Below, piece after piece: positions 29,302 to 37,525 of a DNA stretch of 64,000 bases. Each line of letters opens with the position of its first letter. Positions within the stretch are counted from its first letter, which is position 1. Under the pieces are notes generated by a model that saw only the letters and a list, made by a program, of their open reading frames with translations, did not search any database and had not been told where the DNA came from. Location: the IMG/VR virus record IMGVR_UViG_3300011113_000642, positions 30,855 to 94,854 of that record; one strand, given 5' to 3'. Position numbers and translations under genes: made by a program. The DNA comes from a virus.

Positions 29302-31019
29302 TTGAATTTTTATCTGTTCGTTTTAAAAACTTTGGTTCATTCGGGGCTAACTTTTCTGAAATTAATTTAAATAGCCGTAATACCACATTAGTGACTGGTA
29401 CAAATGGCCACGGAAAGTCCTTTGCTTTATTGGACTCTTTGTGCTTTGGATTGTTTGGAAAGCCCTTTAGGCCCATTAACATACCTCAATTAGTAAATAC
29501 TGTAAATGGTAAGAACTGTGTCGTTGAAATAGAGTTTAATAAGGGTAATAGTCATTATTTAATTCGTCGTGGTTTATCCCCAAAAATTTTTGAAATTTAT
29601 AAGGATAAAGAACTTATAGATCAAAATGCCAAATCCAAAGATTATCAAGAAATGTTTGAAGAACAAATTCTTGGATTTGATTATTCTGCATTCAAACAAG
29701 TAGTCATTCTTGGTAAGTCTAACTTTATACCTTTCATGCAGCTAACGCCTGCAGAGCGCAGAAAGATTATTGAAGGTTTACTGGAATTAGATATTCTTGC
29801 TGATATGAATGTCTATGTTAGAGGACAACTAGGTTCTTTAAAAGTTTCTATTGCAGAGCATGACAGTTTACTTAAAATTGCACATGAAAAAATAAAGTCT
29901 CAAAAAGAATTTATTGATCAGGTAAAAACAAGTAATGCTGATGATATTAAACTTTTAGAAGATAGAATTAAAGAATATCGCGACCAAATAAAAGAAGACA
30001 CCAAACAAAAAACCATTTTACTAAGTAAGCATACCGCTTTACAAGATACTGCAAAAAGTATTAAGAAAAAAATTGACGCTTTAAAAGATGTTCCTGGTAT
30101 GTTATTAAAAGCAGAAACACTTAAAGAAACAATCTTAGATGAGATTAAAACTTTAGAGCAAAATGCTATATGCAAGTGCTGTGGCCAATCTTTACCAGAA
30201 GAACAAAGAAAAAAACATATAGCAGAAAAAAGAGAAAAAGCAGAAAACTGCTTTGAGGCTTTAAAGGTTGCTACAAGAAAAACTAAAGAACTGGATGAAT
30301 TAAACAAATCTTATAATGAACTTTTGCCAGAAATAGAAACTTTGGCAAATGATATAAATGGTTACAGTTATAGAATTGGCAATAGTGAATCCAATATAAA
30401 AGTTTTGGAAAAAGATAAAAAGGATAAAGAAGCAGCAAACAACCTGACTAATTTACTAGTCAGTTTGAAAGATTCCGAGGATAAAAAGAATGAACTTGCA
30501 CAAAAATTGGAAGGCTATATTCAAGAACAAATTCATCATGATGTTGTATATGATATTCTCAAAGATAGTGGACTTAAGAGCAGGATTATTAAACACTATG
30601 TTCCCATCATCAATGGACTCGTCAACAAGTTCCTCGGAAAACTTAATCTCTATGTTGACTTCACCATCGATGAGGAGTTCAAGGAAACAATCAAGTCACG
30701 ATACAGAGATGCATTCTCATATTCCTCTTTCTCTGAGGGAGAGAAACAACGCATCGACCTTGCCATACTGTTAACTTGGCGAGAAATTGCAAAGATGAAA
30801 AACAGTTTAAACTGCAATCTTTTAATTTTTGATGAAATTTTAGATTCATCTTTGGATGCTGCTGGTACAGAGGCTTTCTTAAAAATTCTTAATAAAATGA
30901 AAAATAAGTGTTCTATTTTCATCATTAGCCACAAAGCAGATCAACTTATTGATAAATTTGATCAATCATTGCAGTTTGAAAAGAAAAATAATTTTTCTAA
31001 GATTAAAACACAGATATAA
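29298..31019 (+). CDS. gp46: recombination ATPase gp46 (Rad50/SbcC-like)
   Basis: GTNGHGKS, CxxC hook, FSEGEKQRIDLA, DEILDSSLD. Confidence 0.96.
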   Translation: MIEFLSVRFKNFGSFGANFSEINLNSRNTTLVTGTNGHGKSFALLDSLCFGLFGKPFRPINIPQLVNTVNGKNCVVEIEFNKGNSHYLIRRGLSPKIFEIYKDKELIDQNAKSKDYQEMFEEQILGFDYSAFKQVVILGKSNFIPFMQLTPAERRKIIEGLLELDILADMNVYVRGQLGSLKVSIAEHDSLLKIAHEKIKSQKEFIDQVKTSNADDIKLLEDRIKEYRDQIKEDTKQKTILLSKHTALQDTAKSIKKKIDALKDVPGMLLKAETLKETILDEIKTLEQNAICKCCGQSLPEEQRKKHIAEKREKAENCFEALKVATRKTKELDELNKSYNELLPEIETLANDINGYSYRIGNSESNIKVLEKDKKDKEAANNLTNLLVSLKDSEDKKNELAQKLEGYIQEQIHHDVVYDILKDSGLKSRIIKHYVPIINGLVNKFLGKLNLYVDFTIDEEFKETIKSRYRDAFSYSSFSEGEKQRIDLAILLTWREIAKMKNSLNCNLLIFDEILDSSLDAAGTEAFLKILNKMKNKCSIFIISHKADQLIDKFDQSLQFEKKNNFSKIKTQI

Positions 31020-31024
31020 ATATA

Positions 31025-31059
31025 TTGGACAAACAGTTTTTTGGAGATATAATAGCAAC
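31025..31059 (+). promoter_or_regulatory. sigma70-type promoter, leaderless
   Basis: TGGACA-N16-TATAAT-N6-ATG(31060). Confidence 0.75.
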
Positions 31060-31212
31060 ATGAATAATGAGAGTTTTGAGAAGTTTACCAATCGCCGTAA
31101 GAACAAGCAATCTAACTTCGGAAAAAAGCAACAGAATAGAAATAAGCGTGGTAACAGACACGCACAAAAGCAGCAACTAAACGACTCTGTATATCGTAAA
31201 GATTTTGATTAA
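31060..31212 (+). CDS. small basic hypothetical protein (50 aa)
   Basis: MNNESFEKFTNRRKNKQSNFGKKQQNRNKRGNRH...; start moved to the ATG after the promoter. Confidence 0.65.
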   Translation: MNNESFEKFTNRRKNKQSNFGKKQQNRNKRGNRHAQKQQLNDSVYRKDFD

Positions 31213-31229
31213 TTTATATAAGGATTTAT

Positions 31230-31901
31230 ATGACAACTGTGACTAAAATGCGTTTATCTAAAGAAACCTATACCATTCTTAAAAATTTTGCTTCTATTAA
31301 TTCGAATATTTATATTCGTCCGGGAAATACTCTCAAGACAATGTCTTTGGGAAAGAATATGTTTGTTCAAGCCAAAGTTGCAGAAGAATTTGATGTTGAT
31401 GTGCTTATTTGGGATCTAAATCAGTTTCTAGGAATTGTAAGCATGTTTGGCAACCCGGACCTAGAGTTCCATGATAAGTATGTAATTATATCTAATGGCC
31501 GTTCTAGTGTTACATACTATTACGCAGAGGAGTCAACACTTACTTATCCATCAAAAGATGTAAAACTTCCTCCAGTAACTACAAGTTTTGATCTTGATGA
31601 ACACGATTTAGCAGAAATACTAAAAGCCTCTAGTATTCTTCAGGTTAACAAGCTTAGGATTGTTTGCGGTGATGGTGTAATTAAGGTAGTTGTTGATGAT
31701 GATTCAAAGGCTATTAAAAATAATTTTGAAATTGTTATCTCTGAAAACTACAGTGGTGGAGAGTTTGATGGAGTTATTGATGTTTCTGAGATCAAGTTTA
31801 TTCCAGGATCATATGCGGTTCATCTAACAGACTCATATATCTCTAAGTTTACACACAAGTCTCTAGATCTTTCATATTATTTGGCTATTAAAAAGGACTG
31901 A
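31230..31901 (+). CDS. gp45: sliding clamp gp45
   Basis: LSKET..ILKNFASINSNI, WDLNQFLG, YYLAI. Confidence 0.92.
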   Translation: MTTVTKMRLSKETYTILKNFASINSNIYIRPGNTLKTMSLGKNMFVQAKVAEEFDVDVLIWDLNQFLGIVSMFGNPDLEFHDKYVIISNGRSSVTYYYAEESTLTYPSKDVKLPPVTTSFDLDEHDLAEILKASSILQVNKLRIVCGDGVIKVVVDDDSKAIKNNFEIVISENYSGGEFDGVIDVSEIKFIPGSYAVHLTDSYISKFTHKSLDLSYYLAIKKD

Positions 31902-31903
31902 TT

Positions 31904-32848
31904 GTGTCTGATATAAATAACCTTCTTTGGGTAGAAAAATATCGCCCAAAGACTCTATCTGATTGCATTCTACCTATTGACCTTAATACTGTTTTGAATG
32001 GTATGGTTAAAGAAGGTAGTATACCAAATATGATGCTTTATGGTAAAGCTGGTACGGGCAAAACTACAGTTGCACGTGCAATTGCGCATGATATTGATGC
32101 AGATAGCATTATAATTAACTGCTCAGAAGAAAACGGAATTGACACACTAAGAACAAAAATTCGTAGTTATTGTTCTACCGTTTCTCTTAATGGTGGTCTT
32201 AAGGTTGTAATACTTGATGAGTTTGATTATGCTAATGCGCAGTCAATACAGCCAGCATTGCGCGGAGCAATAGAAGAGTTTGCTAAAAATTGCAGATTTA
32301 TCATGACCTGCAATTATAAAAGTCGTATTATTGACCCCCTGCACTCTCGGTGTACGGGTCTTGATTTTACAATTCCTAGTTCAGAAAAAGCTCAAATTGC
32401 TACAAATATTCTTAAGCGTATTGAGCATATCTTAACTGCAGAAAACATTCCTTATGAAAAGCCTGTACTCGTAAACCTTATTAAAAAACACTTTCCTGAT
32501 ATTCGTAGAATTATCAATGAACTTCAGAGATATGCTGCCTCTGGTAGGATTGATGTTGGAATTCTTGCGCAAGGAAGCACAGAGTCTTATAAAGAACTTA
32601 TTGGCTACATGAAGCAAAAAGACTTTGCTGCTTGCAGAAAATGGGTTGTTCAAAATTTAGATTTAAACACGGCTGACTTTTTTAAGAGGCTTTATAATGA
32701 GCTCTACACGGCTTTAAAGCACAATTCTATTCCGCAGGCAATTCTCATCATTGCAAACTACCAATATAAGTCAGCATTTGCAGCAGACCAAGAAATTAAT
32801 ACTATGGCATTAATTGTTGAAATTATGATGGAATGTGAGTTTAACTAA
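31904..32848 (+). CDS. gp44: clamp loader large subunit gp44
   Basis: WVEKYRP, GKAGTGKTT, ILDEFD, PLHSRC. Confidence 0.96.
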   Translation: MSDINNLLWVEKYRPKTLSDCILPIDLNTVLNGMVKEGSIPNMMLYGKAGTGKTTVARAIAHDIDADSIIINCSEENGIDTLRTKIRSYCSTVSLNGGLKVVILDEFDYANAQSIQPALRGAIEEFAKNCRFIMTCNYKSRIIDPLHSRCTGLDFTIPSSEKAQIATNILKRIEHILTAENIPYEKPVLVNLIKKHFPDIRRIINELQRYAASGRIDVGILAQGSTESYKELIGYMKQKDFAACRKWVVQNLDLNTADFFKRLYNELYTALKHNSIPQAILIIANYQYKSAFAADQEINTMALIVEIMMECEFN

Positions 32849-33228
32849 TGGAATTGAAGGACTATTTATCCAGCATAAACCACACCAAAACACCTATTAT
32901 GGATACCGACGAACTTGCTATAAAGTCTTATCCATCGTATGTTGTAAATAAATGCATGTCTTATTTTTCGGATACTATTTTTTATGCAAATGAAATGAAC
33001 TGTGCTCCATGGTTAAATTCCAAAAGCCAGTTTGATTTTTATCGACTTGGAATCCGCAAAAAGAAGCGATTTTCTCCTTGGCTTCGTAAAGAAACTGAAG
33101 AAAATATAAACTTAATAAAACAAGCTTTTGGCTATACAGATCAGAAAGCAAGGGAAGTGCTAAATATATTGGGTTCAGAAGACCTTCAAAAGATTAAAAA
33201 ATCTTTGGACACAGGTGGAACTCGATAA
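32848..33228 (+). CDS. gp62: clamp loader small subunit gp62
   Basis: LKDYLSSIN, DTIFYANEMN, RKKKRFSPW, C-terminal GG. Confidence 0.93.
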   Translation: MELKDYLSSINHTKTPIMDTDELAIKSYPSYVVNKCMSYFSDTIFYANEMNCAPWLNSKSQFDFYRLGIRKKKRFSPWLRKETEENINLIKQAFGYTDQKAREVLNILGSEDLQKIKKSLDTGGTR

Positions 33229-33243
33229 TTTAAGGAATGTGAT

Positions 33244-33669
33244 ATGTCTGATCTATCTAAGAATGTATTTAAAGGTGTAGGAGTACAAGTAAAACTTTTT
33301 GATGAAGAAGACTTCATGGTAGTACGCGAAACTTTATCGCGAATTGGAGTCTCGCCAAAAGGTAAAAAGGTTTTATACCAATCGTGTCATTTAGTACACA
33401 AAGATGGTGTTTACGCTATTGCCCATTTTAAAGAATTATTTGCTTTGGATGATCTTCCTGCAAATGTCTCGGAAGAAGATATTCAACGTAGAAATGCTAT
33501 TATAAAACTTTTAGAGGAATGGGAATTAATTGAAGTTGTAAATAAGGATAGCATAAAAAATGCTATGCCTATAAGTGGTTTAAAAATTATTAAACACAGT
33601 GAAAAAAACAATTGGGAACTTGTACCAAAATTTAATACTGGTTCTCTTCGTAAATTTTTTAATTCATAA
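33244..33669 (+). CDS. regA: translational repressor RegA
   Basis: DFMVVRETLSRIGV, LYQSCHL.HK, HFKELFALD, W.LVPK. Confidence 0.93.
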   Translation: MSDLSKNVFKGVGVQVKLFDEEDFMVVRETLSRIGVSPKGKKVLYQSCHLVHKDGVYAIAHFKELFALDDLPANVSEEDIQRRNAIIKLLEEWELIEVVNKDSIKNAMPISGLKIIKHSEKNNWELVPKFNTGSLRKFFNS

Positions 33670-33671
33670 GG

Positions 33672-34895
33672 ATGCACATGTATAATTTAACTCTTGCAAT
33701 GATCGTAAAAAACGAGGCACCAAACATCGAAAGATGCTTAACCTCAGTCGCACCATTTATTAATTATTATGTAATCTGTGATACAGGTTCTACTGATAAC
33801 ACCAAAGAAATTATTAAAAAGTTCTTTGATGAAAAAGGAATTCCAGGAGAAATTCACGATCATGAATGGTCTGACTTTGGTACAAATCGTTCCAAAGCTC
33901 TTGAACTTTGCTATGGAAAGACTAAATGGGCTATCATGATTGATGCCGACGATTTTATTACCGGTACTCTTCCAGTTGATAAATTTGATGATTCTTTAGA
34001 TGGTTATGTGGTACAAATTCAAAGAGGTGAGTTCCGTTGGTTGCGTGCTCAGCTTTTTAATCTTGGTAAAAAGAAGTGGTGGTATGAAGAGCCACTACAC
34101 GAATATGCAATTTGTGAACAGCCCATGAATGTTAAAAAACTAGATGGTGATTATGCCTGGGAAGTAAGAACCGAGGGTTGCCGCGCAAGATCTTTTGCAA
34201 ATGATATTGAAAAGTATAAAAAAGATTATGAAACTTTAAAGGGTTATTTAGAAAAAGATCCAAACCAACCACGAAAACAATTCTATGCTGCTCAGTCTGC
34301 ATTTGATTCAAGGATGTTTGATATTGCAGAGCAAGAATACCTAAAAAGAATTGCTTTGGGTTCTTGGCCAGAAGAAGTATTTTTCTCTTGGATGCGTGTT
34401 GGTATGTGCCGAGAATTTTTAAATAAACCTGTTGAACAAATTGCTGATGCATTTATGATGGCCTTTGAAGTCGCTCCACACCGAGTAGAGCCATTATATC
34501 ATCTTTCTTGCATCTATCGTAAGTATGATCGTCCAAGAAACGCATTTTTAGTTGCATCTCTGGGCCTTACTATTCCGATTCCTGAAAATGATATTTTGTT
34601 TGTTGATCGTGCTAATTACCTTTGGGGTATTTACGATGAAATTGGTACAACAGCATTTTATGCTGGAAGAGCACAAATTGGCCTTTTAGCTTGTGAAAAG
34701 CTTCTAAAGGAAACACATATGCCGGAGGAGCATCGGGGGCGTATAGCCAATAATCATAAAATTTATGTTGAACATATGAAAAAAATGCAAGAAGAGTATT
34801 TAAAACAGCAAGAGGCTTTGTCGCAAAAAATACAAAAAGAGGCCAATAAAACTACATTGGTAATTAATCCAGAAGCGGCTACAGTAAAGCTTTGA
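33672..34895 (+). CDS. GT2 glycosyltransferase with C-terminal TPR-like repeats (probable protein glycosyltransferase)
   Basis: MIVKNE, DTGSTD, DFGTNR..AL, IDADD, LHEY; helical TPR-like FYAAQS...P.RVEPLY. Confidence 0.85.
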   Translation: MHMYNLTLAMIVKNEAPNIERCLTSVAPFINYYVICDTGSTDNTKEIIKKFFDEKGIPGEIHDHEWSDFGTNRSKALELCYGKTKWAIMIDADDFITGTLPVDKFDDSLDGYVVQIQRGEFRWLRAQLFNLGKKKWWYEEPLHEYAICEQPMNVKKLDGDYAWEVRTEGCRARSFANDIEKYKKDYETLKGYLEKDPNQPRKQFYAAQSAFDSRMFDIAEQEYLKRIALGSWPEEVFFSWMRVGMCREFLNKPVEQIADAFMMAFEVAPHRVEPLYHLSCIYRKYDRPRNAFLVASLGLTIPIPENDILFVDRANYLWGIYDEIGTTAFYAGRAQIGLLACEKLLKETHMPEEHRGRIANNHKIYVEHMKKMQEEYLKQQEALSQKIQKEANKTTLVINPEAATVKL

Positions 34896-34926
34896 TAAAA
34901 TCTTAGTGTCCTAAATATAGATGAAC

Positions 34927-34959
34927 AAATAATGGCCTTTTTATAAGGCCATTATTTTT
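34927..34959 (+). terminator. 13-bp hairpin (terminator or 5' stem) between GT2-TPR and the fibre cluster
   Basis: AAATAATGGCCTT-TTTAT-AAGGCCATTATTT; CTAAATA late-promoter-like site at 34911. Confidence 0.55.
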
Positions 34960-34969
34960 GGAGAACTAA

Positions 34970-35365
34970 ATGGCAGATAGTTTTGATCCTACTGTAATTA
35001 GAGGCGACACCCTACGCTGGCAAATGGCACTTCAGGATAGCACTGGAGCCACTTATAACTTAACGGGCGTTACCCTTAGTTTGCAGGTTCGTAAATCTTA
35101 TTTTCCAGGTGCAACCCTATTTTCTACATCTTTGTATGTGACTTCTGGAAGTACTCTTTATACTTTAGATGGAATTACTGGGGGCCTTTCAGCAACAGGA
35201 ACTGGTGGAATATGCAATATTTGCATTGGATCAGCGTATACTGTTAATTTTCCGCAATATTCTGGTGGTTTTTATGATATACAAGCAGTTAAACCAAATA
35301 ATGCTGGTGTAGATACACTATTGCGTGGAAAAATTAATGTTCTTCCAGATGTAACGGAGGCATAA
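34970..35365 (+). CDS. virion structural protein (BppU/baseplate-adaptor-like)
   Basis: RGDT..W, YNLTG....QVRKS, YDIQ, LLRG.I.V.P.VT pattern typical of fibre-associated Ig-like proteins. Confidence 0.6.
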   Translation: MADSFDPTVIRGDTLRWQMALQDSTGATYNLTGVTLSLQVRKSYFPGATLFSTSLYVTSGSTLYTLDGITGGLSATGTGGICNICIGSAYTVNFPQYSGGFYDIQAVKPNNAGVDTLLRGKINVLPDVTEA

Positions 35366-35367
35366 TT

Positions 35368-37512
35368 GTGACAGATATTATTTCTTCCAGTAATGAAATA
35401 CCTGTTGTTAATGTAACAGTTAATACAAATTCGCTGGCTAGAGTTGAAGTTACTCCTGGCGGTGGGATTGGTGGAGGAGGAGGGGGTCCGGGTTCTACGG
35501 GGGCGACTGGCCCAATGGGGCCAACCGGTCCAACCGGACCAACTGGTTCTCAGGGAATAACTGGTAATACTGGCCCGACTGGACCAATAGGACCACAAGG
35601 AAATACTGGAGCAACAGGACCGACAGGATCTACTGGTTTACCTGGAGATATATTTGCTACTTCTTCTACTACTTCGGTTAATCTTTCATCAATAACTATA
35701 GGTTCCGAAGTATCTCTCAGCACAGAAACTGGTTTAGCATATACCAAAGTGCAAGACATTTTAATAGCAAGTGGACTTACAAACTATTTTAATGCACAAA
35801 TCATATCATATATTGGAGCGACACTAAATGTTTCTGTTACCGGGATAACTGGCTCGGGAACTTGGAATAATTGGGACATAAATTTGGCTGGCCCCATAGG
35901 TCAAGCTGGTCCTCAAGGCCCACAAGGTATTCAAGGAAACACGGGGGCTACTGGTGCTATACCAACAGAATATGTTGCTAACTTTAATGGACTTACAGGA
36001 AATGTATTAACTTCATTTGTTTCTGGATTGAATGGAAGCACTGGAATACAACTTATAACATTTTCAAATCCAAATCCTCCATATGGAGATTCTTTAACTA
36101 TTAGAAATACGGGTGTTTTGTCATATAATGGCACTGGTGGAAATGTTGTTGGCGTTTCTTCTCTCGCAGTTAGTTCTGGGCTTCTTCGACTTAGTGGGGC
36201 AACCGGGGATGTAACTATCAGCAACAATGGTGTTTTGTCATTTAATGAGCAAAATGGTCATATTCAAGGTGTTAATTCTGTAAATGGAGCAACAGGTTCC
36301 GTTCAAGCAGTTAACCGAATCAATGGTATTACTGGAAATATCGGTTTAACATCTGGTTCGGGAATAGCAATTTCTTCATCTGGAAATACTTTTACTGTTT
36401 CTAATAGTGGTGTTTTATCTGTTAGTATAGTGTCTCCTGGTGGAATTAATTTGGGTGGTTCATCATCAAATATAACTCTTTCAAATGGTGGTGTTTTAAG
36501 TTTTAATAATTCTAGTGGAAATGTTGTCGGTGTTTCTTCGGTTTCTGGTTTAACTGGTTCTATTGGAATTTCAGCAGGAAATAATATTATAATTTCTTTA
36601 AGTGGAAATACTTTAATAATTGGTGCTACTGGAACAATAGGAAATACAGGTAATACGGGACCAACAGGACCTGAAGGACCACAGGGTATTCAAGGCATAC
36701 AAGGTATTCGGGGAAATACAGGTAATACGGGACCAACAGGACCTGAAGGACCACAGGGTATTCAAGGCATACAAGGTATTCAAGGCATACAAGGTATTCA
36801 GGGAAATACAGGTAATACGGGACCAACAGGACCATTACCAACAAATTTTATTTCTTTCTTTAATGGGTATACGGGTATAGTAGGTATTAGTGCCGGCAGT
36901 AATATTACAATAACTCCATCTACTTCAGCTAGTGGAACAACGTTTACTATTGCTTCTACTGCTTCTGGAAGCGGTGGTTCCACATTTATTCCAGACCTTA
37001 GACCTTTGGGTGTTACTGCTGACATTATTGCAATGCGTAATGGTGGCTGGACTTTGGCAAAACCAAATAGTATTTCTTTCCCTCAAGTAAATTTGGGAGC
37101 AATAGCCGTTACAATTGGTGGTTTAACATCATGGAGTGCTGCAAAATTTCGATCTACAGTATATGCGGGCTCTACATTATGGTTAACATTAGGTGATGGA
37201 ACATTTTTATGTTTTAACAGAGCAGAAATAGATCCTTTTCTTATTGCTAATGGTGGTTTTTCTGCAGGTCCAGCAACACAGATGACTATTTTACAAGGCT
37301 TAGGAGTGACTTGGCCATCGGGAACAATAACAAATCATACAAATGTTCAAGGTGGAGCGCCCAACGGTCAAAATCAAACATTGTGGGTTAATTGGATGGA
37401 CGGTGGAAATTATATAATCCATTCGGGCTGGGCAATTAAATTAAGTGGAATTACTTCTGGTGGTGTTGGTAGTGGAGGAATTGGTGGTGGTGGAGGCATC
37501 CAGCCATTATAA
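35368..37512 (+). CDS. collagen-like tail fibre/spike (Gly-X-Thr repeats plus V.SFNG.TG.V repeats)
   Basis: GATGPMGPTGPT..., repeated GVLSFNG.TG.V motifs. Confidence 0.8.
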   Translation: MTDIISSSNEIPVVNVTVNTNSLARVEVTPGGGIGGGGGGPGSTGATGPMGPTGPTGPTGSQGITGNTGPTGPIGPQGNTGATGPTGSTGLPGDIFATSSTTSVNLSSITIGSEVSLSTETGLAYTKVQDILIASGLTNYFNAQIISYIGATLNVSVTGITGSGTWNNWDINLAGPIGQAGPQGPQGIQGNTGATGAIPTEYVANFNGLTGNVLTSFVSGLNGSTGIQLITFSNPNPPYGDSLTIRNTGVLSYNGTGGNVVGVSSLAVSSGLLRLSGATGDVTISNNGVLSFNEQNGHIQGVNSVNGATGSVQAVNRINGITGNIGLTSGSGIAISSSGNTFTVSNSGVLSVSIVSPGGINLGGSSSNITLSNGGVLSFNNSSGNVVGVSSVSGLTGSIGISAGNNIIISLSGNTLIIGATGTIGNTGNTGPTGPEGPQGIQGIQGIRGNTGNTGPTGPEGPQGIQGIQGIQGIQGIQGNTGNTGPTGPLPTNFISFFNGYTGIVGISAGSNITITPSTSASGTTFTIASTASGSGGSTFIPDLRPLGVTADIIAMRNGGWTLAKPNSISFPQVNLGAIAVTIGGLTSWSAAKFRSTVYAGSTLWLTLGDGTFLCFNRAEIDPFLIANGGFSAGPATQMTILQGLGVTWPSGTITNHTNVQGGAPNGQNQTLWVNWMDGGNYIIHSGWAIKLSGITSGGVGSGGIGGGGGIQPL
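36640..36833 (+). repeat. near-perfect ~72-nt tandem repeat with nested 18-nt units, encoding GNTGNTGPTGPEGPQGIQGIQ
   Basis: Copies start at 36640, 36712 and 36802. Confidence 0.9.
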
Positions 37513-37515
37513 ATA
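37508..37515 (+). promoter_or_regulatory. T4 late promoter TATAAATA
   Basis: Exact consensus overlapping the previous stop codon. Confidence 0.7.
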
Positions 37516-37525
37516 ATTTAAACTA

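Noticed and set aside
30949-31059. N-terminal extension of the 87-aa ORF; similar extensions at 1175, 42077, 42496 and 60352
   Set aside because: They overlap upstream genes or promoters; downstream starts fit the SD or promoter positions better.
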